Below, piece by piece: positions 9,457 through 18,604 of a stretch of 50,091 nucleotides of DNA; position 1 is the stretch's first letter, and every line of letters begins with the position of its first letter. The stretch covers positions 1 through 50,091 of the forward strand of contig DATDVJ010000032.1 in the NCBI GenBank assembly GCA_036517595.1, given 5' to 3'. The notes under the pieces were generated by a model that worked only from the letters and a program-made list of their open reading frames with translations, was not told where the DNA came from and did no database searches. A program made the translations under genes and the position numbers. Origin of the DNA: Minisyncoccota bacterium. GTDB lineage: Bacteria; Patescibacteriota; Minisyncoccia; Phycocordibacterales; JACOZG01.

Positions 9457-10389
9457 ATGAAAAAACGAGGATTTTTATTCGTTATTGTATTGGGGGTCGC
9501 GCTAGTAGTTGTATTTTTATACCGATTTGAACCGAAAAATTCAAACCCCAATCAGCAATCAGACTCTCAACTACGCGTCGTAACCAGTTTCTACCCCCTG
9601 TATTTCTTTGCCGAATGGATCGGTGGGGACCTAACGCATATCACCAATATCATACCGGTCGGTATTGAACCACATGATTATGAACTAACTGGTCAGGATA
9701 TGGCCACGATTGAGAAAAGCAAACTCGTGATTCTAAACGGTGGCAGATTAGAGTCGTGGGGCGAGAAAATAAAACAAAATATTGATCTCCACAAGACATT
9801 GATCATCACCGTGGGAGAAGGTTTAGCGACTCAATATTTTGTTGAGGATGAAAAGAATCGCATTGACCCGCATGTCTGGCTAGCGCCAGCGCTCGCCAAG
9901 CAGATGGTTAATAAGATCGCCATCGGCTTCGCCGAAGCTAACCCGACAAACGCTGGTTATTATGCCGCCAGGGCCGCCACTCTTGACTTGGCGCTTGACT
10001 CGCTTGATCAAGAATATCAACAAGGTCTCGCCAATTGTGTCAGACGAGATTTTATCACCTCGCATAACGCTTTTGGCTATCTTGCCGCCGCTTATAACCT
10101 CAACCAAATTCCGATTGCTGGCTTGTCACCAGAAACCGAACCATCACCGCGACAATTAGCAGAAGTCGCGCGATTAGCTAAACAGACCGGAGCAAAAATA
10201 ATTTTCTTCGAAAGTCTAGCATCGCCAAAACTCTCGCAAGCAATCGCAGGTGAAGTTGGCGCCCAGACAATGGTTCTCAATCCGATCGAAGGTTTGACTG
10301 AAAGCGAAATTGTCGCCGGCAGGAATTATCTGACCGAGATGCGTCAAAATCTCATTAATCTCAAAATTGCGCTACAATGCACACCGTGA
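9457..10389 (+). CDS. Metal (Zn/Mn) ABC transporter substrate-binding protein, ZnuA/TroA family
   Basis: Signal/anchor followed by VVTSFYPLYFFAEWIGG, EPHDYE, DPHVWL, HNAFGYL and PSPRQLAE, which are cluster A-I SBP hallmarks. Confidence 0.85.
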   Translation: MKKRGFLFVIVLGVALVVVFLYRFEPKNSNPNQQSDSQLRVVTSFYPLYFFAEWIGGDLTHITNIIPVGIEPHDYELTGQDMATIEKSKLVILNGGRLESWGEKIKQNIDLHKTLIITVGEGLATQYFVEDEKNRIDPHVWLAPALAKQMVNKIAIGFAEANPTNAGYYAARAATLDLALDSLDQEYQQGLANCVRRDFITSHNAFGYLAAAYNLNQIPIAGLSPETEPSPRQLAEVARLAKQTGAKIIFFESLASPKLSQAIAGEVGAQTMVLNPIEGLTESEIVAGRNYLTEMRQNLINLKIALQCTP

Positions 10390-11114
10390 ATCACAACGAA
10401 AATATTATCGAGGTCGCTGATATCTCTTTCGGCTACAATGATGATCTTATTTTGCAAAACATCAATTTGACTATTCATCGTGGCGATTATCTCGGTCTCG
10501 TGGGCGGAAACGGTTCAGGAAAAACAACTTTGATCAAAATTATTCTTGGCCTGTTGAAACCAGCTTCTGGCACAATTAAACTTTTCGGCGAAGATAGCCA
10601 TCGTTTTAAAGATTGGGCCAAGATTGGTTATGTCTCGCAGAAGGCCACAAATTTTGATCTCAATTTCCCGGCGAGTGTCGGTGAGATCGTCTTGATGGGG
10701 CGATATGGACGGCGCGGGTTATTCCACAGTGTGACCGAACAAGATCGAGAGCGAGCGAAGGTCGCTCTCGAACATGTTGAATTGTGGTCAGATCGAGATC
10801 GCCTGATCGGCGATCTCTCCGGTGGGCAACAACAACGCGTGTTTATTGCTCGAGCTTTAGCGGCGGAGCCGGAAGTGATCTTTCTCGACGAACCGACAGT
10901 CGGGGTAGAGAAAAATATTAAAGATGAATTCTATGCTTTACTCAAAAAGCTGAACCAGAAACTTCAACTTACCATTGTTCTCGTCACTCACGATATTGAG
11001 AGCATGGTTAACGAAGCAATGCATATCGCCTGCATTGACCGAACTTTATTTTTCCACGATTCGGTTCACGAATTTCTAAAAGATTCCCCTGTTATCCATC
11101 ATCCTCATTCTTAA
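10377..11114 (+). CDS. Metal ABC transporter ATP-binding protein (ZnuC-like)
   Basis: Walker A GGNGSGKTT, signature LSGGQQQR, Walker B IFLDEP, H-loop VTHD. Confidence 0.9.
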   Translation: MHTVNHNENIIEVADISFGYNDDLILQNINLTIHRGDYLGLVGGNGSGKTTLIKIILGLLKPASGTIKLFGEDSHRFKDWAKIGYVSQKATNFDLNFPASVGEIVLMGRYGRRGLFHSVTEQDRERAKVALEHVELWSDRDRLIGDLSGGQQQRVFIARALAAEPEVIFLDEPTVGVEKNIKDEFYALLKKLNQKLQLTIVLVTHDIESMVNEAMHIACIDRTLFFHDSVHEFLKDSPVIHHPHS

Positions 11115-11121
11115 TCCAATC

Positions 11122-11919
11122 ATGTTCGAATTTTTCCAATATAGTTTCATCTTACGCGGCCTCGAGGCGGGAATAATCGTGGCCGTGATCGCTCCGCTCA
11201 TTGGCGTCTTCCTTGTCCTTCGCCGTTACTCGCTCATCGCTGACACTCTCGCTCATGTTTCTCTGGCCGGTATCGCTCTCGGTATTTTACTCAAGCTCAA
11301 TCCGATCTTCACCGCCATCGGTGTCACCGTCGCCTCATCGCTCGGCATTGAGCGCTTGAGGGCTTCTCGGCGAGTGTCTGGGGAATCGGCACTCGCACTC
11401 TTTCTCTCGGGCTCGCTCGCGCTCGCCACCGTCTTGCTTTCCCTCGGGTCTGGATTGAACACTAGTTTGCTCAACTACCTGTTCGGTTCAATTGTGACGG
11501 TCACCCAAAATGATGTTTACACTATCGCCATTCTCGGCATAATCGTCATCGTCACCCTAGTGGCTTTCTATAAAGAATTGGTCTATATTTCGTTTGATGA
11601 AGAATCGGCGCGAGTGAGCGGCATCCCAGTTCGATTGATCAATACTATTTTAGTTGTCCTCGCCGCCTTAACTATCTCTTTGGCCATTCCAGTGATCGGC
11701 GTTCTCTTGATCGCGGCACTAATCGTTATCCCCGTGATTGCGGCGCTCCAACTTCGGCAAAATTTCGCTCGAACAATTATCTCTGCCGAGATTATCTCGC
11801 TCTTCTCCGTTCTGGTGGGTATTTTCACTTCATTCTATTTTAATCTTTCCACCGGTGGAACGATCGTGTTAATCATGCTCGCAATTTTCTTAACCATTTT
11901 AGCGTTTAAAAAAACTTGA
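11122..11919 (+). CDS. Metal ABC transporter permease (ZnuB-like)
   Basis: 265-aa polytopic ABC-3 type permease with FEFFQYSF..RGLEAGIIVA..., sitting in an operon with the SBP and ATPase. Confidence 0.85.
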   Translation: MFEFFQYSFILRGLEAGIIVAVIAPLIGVFLVLRRYSLIADTLAHVSLAGIALGILLKLNPIFTAIGVTVASSLGIERLRASRRVSGESALALFLSGSLALATVLLSLGSGLNTSLLNYLFGSIVTVTQNDVYTIAILGIIVIVTLVAFYKELVYISFDEESARVSGIPVRLINTILVVLAALTISLAIPVIGVLLIAALIVIPVIAALQLRQNFARTIISAEIISLFSVLVGIFTSFYFNLSTGGTIVLIMLAIFLTILAFKKT

Positions 11920-11955
11920 GTGCTTAACCATGTTTTATGCTAGAATAGAGACATC

Positions 11956-12894
11956 ATGAAAAACACCATCATCATGCTTATAGTTCTTGTGCTTATCATC
12001 GGTTTTGGCGTGTACTTTTTAACCCGTGGTTCACCTCAAAACTCTGATCTGTCAACTGATCAAAATGCGGAAACTGATATTAATCAGCCGTCGTCAAACA
12101 ATGCCCCAATAAATCCAATAGGTGAGCCACCGATTACGGAGCAAAATAAGTTGGAGTCGGTAATTGGGAAATCAATCGAGAACCGCGACATCACGGCCTA
12201 TTATTACGGTACTGGTGACAACGAGATTTTATTTATTGGCGGAATTCACGGTGGCTACTCGTGGAATACCACTCTTGTGGCTTATGAGCTGATGAGCTAT
12301 TTGAAGACAAATCCCGACATTATCCCAAATAAGGTGAAGGTGACGGTTATTCCCGTTTTAAACCCGGATGGACTCGCCAAAGTAATGGAGACTTCCACAA
12401 TCAACTTCAAACCATCAGATGTCGTGGCATCAAAAGCGATTCAAATCTCCGGGCGTTTCAATGCCAACAACGTCGATCTCAATCGTAACTTCGATTGTGA
12501 TTGGCAAACCGAGGGGAAGTGGCAAAGCAAAACAGTAAGTGGTGGAAATGCCGTATTTTCCGAACCCGAGAGTCAGGCACTTAAAAATTATATCGAAACT
12601 CAAACACCACGAGCGGTGGTCGTTTGGTATAGTGCCGCTGGCGGCGTCTTCGCCTCAAATTGTCACGACGGCATTTTACCCGAGACCAATACTCTGACAA
12701 ACATTTACGCTAAAGCTTCCGGTTATTCAGCCCATGATAAATTCGACTTTTATGAGACGACTGGCGACTTAGCAAACTGGCTAGCGAAAAAGAACATCCC
12801 CGCGATCAGTGTGTTACTCTCCACCCATCAAGATATTGAGTGGAATAAAAACCAAGCCGGCATCAAGGCAATTTTAGACTATTACGCCAAATAA
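11956..12894 (+). CDS. M14-family zinc carboxypeptidase, membrane-anchored (paralogue 1)
   Basis: N-terminal TM segment, then FIGGIHGGYSWNT, NPDG, NANNVDLNRNFDCDWQ, FSEPES. Confidence 0.8.
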   Translation: MKNTIIMLIVLVLIIGFGVYFLTRGSPQNSDLSTDQNAETDINQPSSNNAPINPIGEPPITEQNKLESVIGKSIENRDITAYYYGTGDNEILFIGGIHGGYSWNTTLVAYELMSYLKTNPDIIPNKVKVTVIPVLNPDGLAKVMETSTINFKPSDVVASKAIQISGRFNANNVDLNRNFDCDWQTEGKWQSKTVSGGNAVFSEPESQALKNYIETQTPRAVVVWYSAAGGVFASNCHDGILPETNTLTNIYAKASGYSAHDKFDFYETTGDLANWLAKKNIPAISVLLSTHQDIEWNKNQAGIKAILDYYAK

Positions 12895-12916
12895 CTTGTC
12901 GTGAGTTTGTTGAACC

Positions 12917-13813
12917 ATGCGACCCATCTATTTTCTCGTTACTGCCGCACTGCTCGTGGGCTTGTTTGTGTTTGTTATTTTGCCGAGCCGCACTACCCCG
13001 GAATCAGCGAGAACAGCGATAGAATCAATTGAAACAGTAGATTATGTTCCCGGGCATCGAGCAATCGGTTTATCGGTGGAGGGGCGACCGATCGAGGCCT
13101 ACACCTATCGGCCTCATCAGCAAGCAGCTGGTCTCGATCAAAAACAAAAACACTTGGTTTTCATCGGCGGGATCCACGGCGGTTATGAGTGGAATAGCGT
13201 TCTTCTGGCTTATAAATTTATAGACTATTTTGATGCTAATCCGGAAGCCATTCCCGCCAACTTAACTATCACCATCATCCCGTCGGCTAATCCTGACGGG
13301 GTATACAAAATAATTGGTAAGGAAGGGCGCTTCACTGTGACCGATGTCCCTACCGATAAGCCCACCGCGCCCGGACGTTTTAATGCGCATAAAGTTGACC
13401 TTAATCGTAATTTCGACTGTCAGTGGCAACCGGAAAGCACTTGGCGGGGGAATCAAGTCAGTGGTGGATCAACGCCCTTTTCCGAACCGGAGACTATCGC
13501 GATCCGAGATTTTGTTTTAGGGAATAGCCCGACAGCGGTTGTTTTCTGGCATAGTCAAGCCAACGCTGTGTATGCGTCAAAATGCGAAAACGACATTTTG
13601 CCAGAAACCCTTGAAATCATGGAAGCCTACTCGCGCGCCGCTCAATATGCAGCAATTAATTCCTTCGATGCCTATGAGATCACCGGCGATGCAGAAGGTT
13701 GGTTAGCTTCAATTAATATTCCGGCTATCACTGTCGAACTCAAGACGCATGAGACCATTGAATGGGAGAAAAATTTGGCCGGTGTTAAAGCCCTTTTTGA
13801 ATACTACAACTAA
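12917..13813 (+). CDS. M14-family zinc carboxypeptidase, membrane-anchored (paralogue 2)
   Basis: Same motif set as the upstream gene (FIGGIHGGYEWNS, NPDG, NAHKVDLNRNFDCQWQ, FSEPET). This is a tandem duplication. Confidence 0.8.
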   Translation: MRPIYFLVTAALLVGLFVFVILPSRTTPESARTAIESIETVDYVPGHRAIGLSVEGRPIEAYTYRPHQQAAGLDQKQKHLVFIGGIHGGYEWNSVLLAYKFIDYFDANPEAIPANLTITIIPSANPDGVYKIIGKEGRFTVTDVPTDKPTAPGRFNAHKVDLNRNFDCQWQPESTWRGNQVSGGSTPFSEPETIAIRDFVLGNSPTAVVFWHSQANAVYASKCENDILPETLEIMEAYSRAAQYAAINSFDAYEITGDAEGWLASINIPAITVELKTHETIEWEKNLAGVKALFEYYN

Positions 13814-13820
13814 TTTACCT

Positions 13821-14912
13821 ATGCCTAACTCACTCATCACTTCGGTTATTATTGCCATCGTTGGAGTTGGTTTAGGCATCATTGCTACAAGAATTATTGG
13901 ACGAAGGAGGGGCGAGGTGAAAACGGGGGCCAACGACCAGAGTTTGCTTCTGATCCAGAATCAATTGAACGAACTGGCGCGAACCAACGCTGAGCTCTCG
14001 CGCGTCCTCGATGCTCGCTTAGTCGAATCTAACCGCACGGTCCACCAATCGCTGGAAAAGCAATTCGGTGAGACTAACAAGATTGTACGCGATGTCACCG
14101 AACGGCTGACTAAACTCGATGAGACCAACAAACAAGTCATCTCTTTCGCTGATCAACTTCAATCACTTCAGGACATTCTCAAAAATCCGAAACAGCGCGG
14201 CATCTTGGGTGAATATTATCTTGAGACTTTATTGAAAAATGTCCTTCCGCCCGGGAGTTACAAGATGCAATACCCCTTCAGTGATGGCACCATTGTTGAC
14301 GCAGTTGTTTTCGTTAAAGACAAAATTATCCCGATTGATTCCAAGTTTTCGCTCGAGAATTACAATCGGTTAGTGGAAGAACGCGATCCGATGGAGAAAG
14401 AACGATTGGAAAAACTTTTCAAACAAGACTTGAAAGGACGCATTGATGAGACGGCCAAATATGTCAAACCGGCTGAGGGGACGATGGATTTCGCTTTTAT
14501 GTTTATCCCGCATGAGGCAATTTATTATGATTTGCTTGTCGCTCAAGTGGGTACAGTTAAAATTAACACTCGTGACTTGATTGAATACGCGTTCAAGGAG
14601 AAACATGTTATAATTGTCTCGCCCACTTCTTTCTTGGCTTATCTCCAGACCGTCCTGCAAGGACTCAAAGCGCTCCAGATTGAAGAATCGGCGAAAGAGA
14701 TCAGGGCGCGCGTGGAAGATTTAGGACGCCATCTAAGTTCATATGAAGCCTATATGGTGAAGTTGGGGAGTGCCCTGGGGACAAGTGTCGGTCATTATAA
14801 TACCGCCTATCGAGAGTTAAAAAAGATTGATAAAGATGTGACAAAAATGGTCGGGACAAGTCCGGGGATCGAGACCATCCTTATCGAGAAACCGGCGATT
14901 GAAGGGGAGTAA
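13821..14912 (+). CDS. rmuC: DNA recombination protein RmuC
   Basis: N-terminal TM plus coiled coil, then FSDGTIVDAVVFVKDKIIPIDSKFSLENY ... FAFMFIPHEAIYYDL ... IIVSPTSFLAYLQTV. I moved the start from 13749 to the ATG at 13821, just after the upstream stop. Confidence 0.85.
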   Translation: MPNSLITSVIIAIVGVGLGIIATRIIGRRRGEVKTGANDQSLLLIQNQLNELARTNAELSRVLDARLVESNRTVHQSLEKQFGETNKIVRDVTERLTKLDETNKQVISFADQLQSLQDILKNPKQRGILGEYYLETLLKNVLPPGSYKMQYPFSDGTIVDAVVFVKDKIIPIDSKFSLENYNRLVEERDPMEKERLEKLFKQDLKGRIDETAKYVKPAEGTMDFAFMFIPHEAIYYDLLVAQVGTVKINTRDLIEYAFKEKHVIIVSPTSFLAYLQTVLQGLKALQIEESAKEIRARVEDLGRHLSSYEAYMVKLGSALGTSVGHYNTAYRELKKIDKDVTKMVGTSPGIETILIEKPAIEGE

Positions 14913-14929
14913 TAATCAAAAATTACAAC

Positions 14930-15055
14930 ATGAAAAATTATGACAAAACAGGGAAGAAGCCGGGGCAACCGGCGTATCGCACACCATCATGGTTCAAGAG
15001 CGCACCCAAACGCCAAGGAGGATTCAAAGGTGGCTTTCGCAAGCCGAGTGTTTAA
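14930..15055 (+). CDS. Untracked 41-aa highly basic ORF (MKNYDKTGKKPGQPAYRTPSWFKSAPKRQGGFKGGFRKPSV)
   Basis: Read directly from the sequence: ATG at 14930, TAA at 15053-15055. It fills an otherwise empty gap between rmuC and the dehydrogenase. No convincing SD. Confidence 0.3.
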   Translation: MKNYDKTGKKPGQPAYRTPSWFKSAPKRQGGFKGGFRKPSV

Positions 15056-15076
15056 AGAGTAATGTGAGGAGAAATT

Positions 15077-16159
15077 TTAATCAACCCCAAGCCGGCGCCT
15101 AGCAATCGCCATCGCCACCACGCGAGGGGATTGGCCAGTCTTTTTTGCCTCAGTGAGTACGGTAATGACACTTTTGGTGATCTTTTGCTTCACCAACTTA
15201 AACATTTTGTCGGTCGAATAACCACGATGCTCGGCATAAGAGGAGATTACTCCACCGGCGTTGGCGACGACATCAGGGACGATCAACACGCCACGGGAGA
15301 TAAGTTTGGCCTCGGCCTCCGGCGTCACCGCAATATTGGCCCCTTCCACAATCACGCGCGCTTCAACTTGATCGGCATTACCCACATTGATGACATCGGG
15401 CAAGGCGGCGGGAATAAGCACATCAACCGGTAGAGTAAAAACTTTACTATTATCCAATTTCTCGCTGTTCAAGAAGTTGATCACCGACCCCTTCGCCTTC
15501 TTCACCTTGAGCAATTCTTTCCACAGTAAGCCATTTCGATTATAAACCGTACCTTTCGAATCGGAGACAGCCACAATTTTCAAACCAGCTTCGGTTAAGA
15601 AACGAGCGGCAAAAATGCCGACATTACCAAAACCTTCAATTGCTACCCGAGCGCCAGCGAGGGGGAGACCGCAGTGCGCCAAAGCAATTTTCACTGCTTC
15701 GGCCACACCAAAGCCAGTGCTCCCTAATTCGTGGGGGAGACCACCCAAGCGCTTGGGCTTGCCGGTCGCCACTTGTCTTATTCCCACAGCTTGGACAAAC
15801 ACCGCCATCTCCTTCTCGGTCATATTGATATCCGGCCCGGCGATGTAGAGCTTAGGGAGGAAAGGTTTAAGTTCGCGAGCAAACCACTCGACAACTTTTT
15901 TCTTGCGTTTAGAGTCAACCGTCTTGGGATCGAAAGTAATACCCGCCTTAGCTCCACCGAAGGGGATACCAGCGAGCGCATTCTTATAAGTCATCGCTCG
16001 CGCGAGCCGCAACACTTCTTCCTCACCGACGGTTGACGTCATCCGAATTCCACCCTTGCCTGGGCCGAGATTGGTATTATCAATCACCAAGATTCCTTCG
16101 ACACCAAGCTCATGGTTGCGAACTTTGATCACGTACCGCGGACCAATGTTATCTGACAT
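15077..16159 (-). CDS. Glu/Leu/Phe/Val dehydrogenase family enzyme (short, about 360 aa, Leu/Glu dehydrogenase-like)
   Basis: GPGKGGIRM catalytic-lysine motif, GIPFGGAKAG, and the Rossmann motif IEGFGNVG. Confidence 0.85.
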   Translation of the reverse strand: MSDNIGPRYVIKVRNHELGVEGILVIDNTNLGPGKGGIRMTSTVGEEEVLRLARAMTYKNALAGIPFGGAKAGITFDPKTVDSKRKKKVVEWFARELKPFLPKLYIAGPDINMTEKEMAVFVQAVGIRQVATGKPKRLGGLPHELGSTGFGVAEAVKIALAHCGLPLAGARVAIEGFGNVGIFAARFLTEAGLKIVAVSDSKGTVYNRNGLLWKELLKVKKAKGSVINFLNSEKLDNSKVFTLPVDVLIPAALPDVINVGNADQVEARVIVEGANIAVTPEAEAKLISRGVLIVPDVVANAGGVISSYAEHRGYSTDKMFKLVKQKITKSVITVLTEAKKTGQSPRVVAMAIARRRLGVD

Positions 16160-16179
16160 AAGATAATAACTCTACCGTC

Positions 16180-16207
16180 TTGCTTTAAAATTGGCAATAT
16201 GTATAAT
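16180..16207 (+). promoter_or_regulatory. Putative sigma70-type promoter of rplU (TTGCTT-N16-TATAAT), only 9 nt from the ATG
   Basis: TTGCTT at 16180-16185, TATAAT at 16202-16207, ATG at 16217, with no SD in between. Confidence 0.4.
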
Positions 16208-16216
16208 TACCGAATT

Positions 16217-16555
16217 ATGAAATTTGCGGTGATTAAGACGGGGGGGAAACAATACCGGGTAGCACCCGGTGATGTGGTGACGGTTGAAAAACTGCCTGAA
16301 TCTGCTGGTGGGCAAGTGGGAGAGAAGGTCATCTTCAAAAAAGTTCTACTGACCAACGATGGAGAGAAAACTACGATTGGTGTCCCAACAATCTCTGGGG
16401 CAACTGTGACAGGAAAAACTATCGCTACTGGCCGATCAAAAAAAATTACTGTTATTAAATATAAATCTAAAGTCCGCTACCGCGTGAAGCGCGGTCATCG
16501 TCAACCCTATACTAAAGTTAAAATTGCTACGATCGATTCTGGAGCGCGTTCTTAA
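16217..16555 (+). CDS. rplU: 50S ribosomal protein L21
   Basis: MKFAVIKTGGKQYRVAPGDVVTVEKL... is the canonical L21 N-terminus. I moved the start to the second ATG. Confidence 0.9.
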   Translation: MKFAVIKTGGKQYRVAPGDVVTVEKLPESAGGQVGEKVIFKKVLLTNDGEKTTIGVPTISGATVTGKTIATGRSKKITVIKYKSKVRYRVKRGHRQPYTKVKIATIDSGARS

Positions 16556-17150
16556 TTGTGTCGGCATCAGAGTATTCAAGTTCCGTGCCCGTCGAGAGTC
16601 CGCGACCCAACACCGTCAATCGCAATCCTCCTTTCGTCCACCTCTCAAGTGCTTGCTTAAGAAATTCGATCGTGTGGTCACCTTCGGGGTTAACGGCTAG
16701 CGCTACGATAATTTCTGTTAATTCTTTGGTCACGACTCGTTTACTAATCAGATTTACCAGTTCTCGAAGCCGTACCGTAGAAGGTGGATCTTTATCTAAA
16801 ATTGGCACCAAACCACCCAAAACAAAAAAATAACCTTGATAAACACCAGTTTGCCTCACAGCTTCTAGGTCAGCGTCTTTTTCGATAATCATCAACAAAT
16901 TCCTATCCCGTCCGGAATCTCGACAAAGATCGCAAATTTTAGTCGCCCGATGATCAATTGGATAGAAACAAAAACAACTTTCGCATTGAGCGACGACAGT
17001 GGTGAGTTCACGGAGATCAGCGATCAAACGCTCAATCGGCCCGTGACCAACGTGGAGAAGATGATAGACGAAACGGCGCGCCTGCCGCGACCCAATTCCG
17101 GGGAAACGACGGAAGGTTTCGGTCAAACGATCAATGATGTTCTCGGGCAT
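16527..17150 (-). CDS. recR: Recombination protein RecR
   Basis: FPGIGSRQARRFVYHLL (HhH), the C4 zinc finger CESCFCF...CDLC, and a Toprim region. Confidence 0.9.
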   Translation of the reverse strand: MPENIIDRLTETFRRFPGIGSRQARRFVYHLLHVGHGPIERLIADLRELTTVVAQCESCFCFYPIDHRATKICDLCRDSGRDRNLLMIIEKDADLEAVRQTGVYQGYFFVLGGLVPILDKDPPSTVRLRELVNLISKRVVTKELTEIIVALAVNPEGDHTIEFLKQALERWTKGGLRLTVLGRGLSTGTELEYSDADTIKNALQNRS

Positions 17151-17165
17151 AAAGAAAGAAGGGGA

Positions 17166-18581
17166 TTAGGTAAACGCGCCGAAATCACTTTTTTCAACGG
17201 TTGAGAAACTCACCCGCTGCTCGTCGAAATAGAGTTCGATTGAACCGGTTGGGCCATTGCGATGCTTCTCAATCATGATCTCGGCGATATTTTTCTTATC
17301 CGAGGTTTCGTCATATTTGTCAGGCCGATGAATAAACATGACCACATCGGCGTCTTGCTCGATGGAGCCAGAGTCGCGAAGGTCCGAGAGGCGCGGCCGA
17401 CCACCACGCTGTTCGACGGCGCGATTGAGTTGGGAAAGCGCGAGCACCGGGATATCGAGCTCGCGCGCGAGACCCTTGAGTGAACGCGAGATCTCGGTCA
17501 CTTGCTGGACAAGAGAATCACTATCTCGCCGCGGGATCATGAGCTGGAGGTAATCAACCACGATCAGACCGAGATTGTGCTCAGCCTTGAGGCGGCGTGC
17601 TACCGACTTCATTTTGGTAATGTTGTTGGAGGCATCATCGTCGATGAAGAGCGGCGCCTTCGAGAGGGCGTCAAGAGCATCGCGGATGCGAGAAAACTCA
17701 TCATCCACCGATAACCGGCCGGTACGAAGCTTCCATGAATCCACATTACTCTCGGCGGCGATCAGGCGATCGACGAGTTGTTGCGAACTCATCTCGAGCG
17801 AGAAGACGCAGACTGGCGTCTGACCCTTCGCCACATGGCGAGCGATATCGAGCGCGAGCGAGGTCTTGCCCATCGAGGGTCGAGCAGCGAGAATAATCAG
17901 ATCGGACTTCTGCAAACCAGCTAACTTATCATCAAGTTGTTTGAAACCAGTCGCCACACCACGGAGAGTGTCACCTGATTTATGAAGTCGCTCGAAACGT
18001 TCCCACGCTTCCGCTAGACTATCCTTGAGAGTGATGAAACTTTTTTTAGAAAAGCTGATGATCCCGAGAATCGCCTTCTCGGCGGATTCGAAAATGTTAT
18101 CAACATCTTGACCCTCATCGTAACCGAGTTGAGAGATGTGCTCGGCCGATTCAATCAAATGTCGAAGTTGAGCCTTTTTCTTAACAATCGCCGCGTAAAA
18201 TCCCAAATTGCTCGCTGAGGGAACGGTGTTGACCATCTCGGCCAAGTAACCAGCGCCACCGATTGATTCGAGTTGTTTCGCCCCTTGGAGCGCACTGGTC
18301 ATCGAGATGAGGTCAATCGGCTCACTCTTGTCGAAAAGCTTGAGCATGGCCTTATAAATCCGGCAGTGCTTCTCGGCGTAGAAGTCGTCAGGTTTAATGA
18401 TCGTCACAATCTCATTCAAACCGGCCGGTTTGACCATAATCGAACCGAGCAAAGCCTGCTCGGCGGAGACATCCTGCGGTGGCACACGCAGGCCGGGTTT
18501 CGTAAATGGGGCAGCGACAGTCGCCATGTCACTCGATTGTAGCATAGCCCCAAAGCGACGGAAGCCAGTCAAATCAAACAA
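17166..18581 (-). CDS. dnaB: Replicative DNA helicase DnaB
   Basis: PPQDVSAEQALLGSIM, Walker A ARPSMGKTSLAL, VVDYLQLM, LSQLNR. The true start is probably one of the internal Met codons (18545 or 18527). Confidence 0.9.
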   Translation of the reverse strand: MFDLTGFRRFGAMLQSSDMATVAAPFTKPGLRVPPQDVSAEQALLGSIMVKPAGLNEIVTIIKPDDFYAEKHCRIYKAMLKLFDKSEPIDLISMTSALQGAKQLESIGGAGYLAEMVNTVPSASNLGFYAAIVKKKAQLRHLIESAEHISQLGYDEGQDVDNIFESAEKAILGIISFSKKSFITLKDSLAEAWERFERLHKSGDTLRGVATGFKQLDDKLAGLQKSDLIILAARPSMGKTSLALDIARHVAKGQTPVCVFSLEMSSQQLVDRLIAAESNVDSWKLRTGRLSVDDEFSRIRDALDALSKAPLFIDDDASNNITKMKSVARRLKAEHNLGLIVVDYLQLMIPRRDSDSLVQQVTEISRSLKGLARELDIPVLALSQLNRAVEQRGGRPRLSDLRDSGSIEQDADVVMFIHRPDKYDETSDKKNIAEIMIEKHRNGPTGSIELYFDEQRVSFSTVEKSDFGAFT

Positions 18582-18604
18582 ATAGGGGATGATTGGGGGA
18601 TAAA

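Noticed and set aside
16527-16555. A 29-nt convergent overlap of the rplU and recR 3' ends
   Set aside because: This is compatible with ordinary compact-genome overlap. The L21 C-terminal tail is poorly conserved and may simply run on until the first stop.
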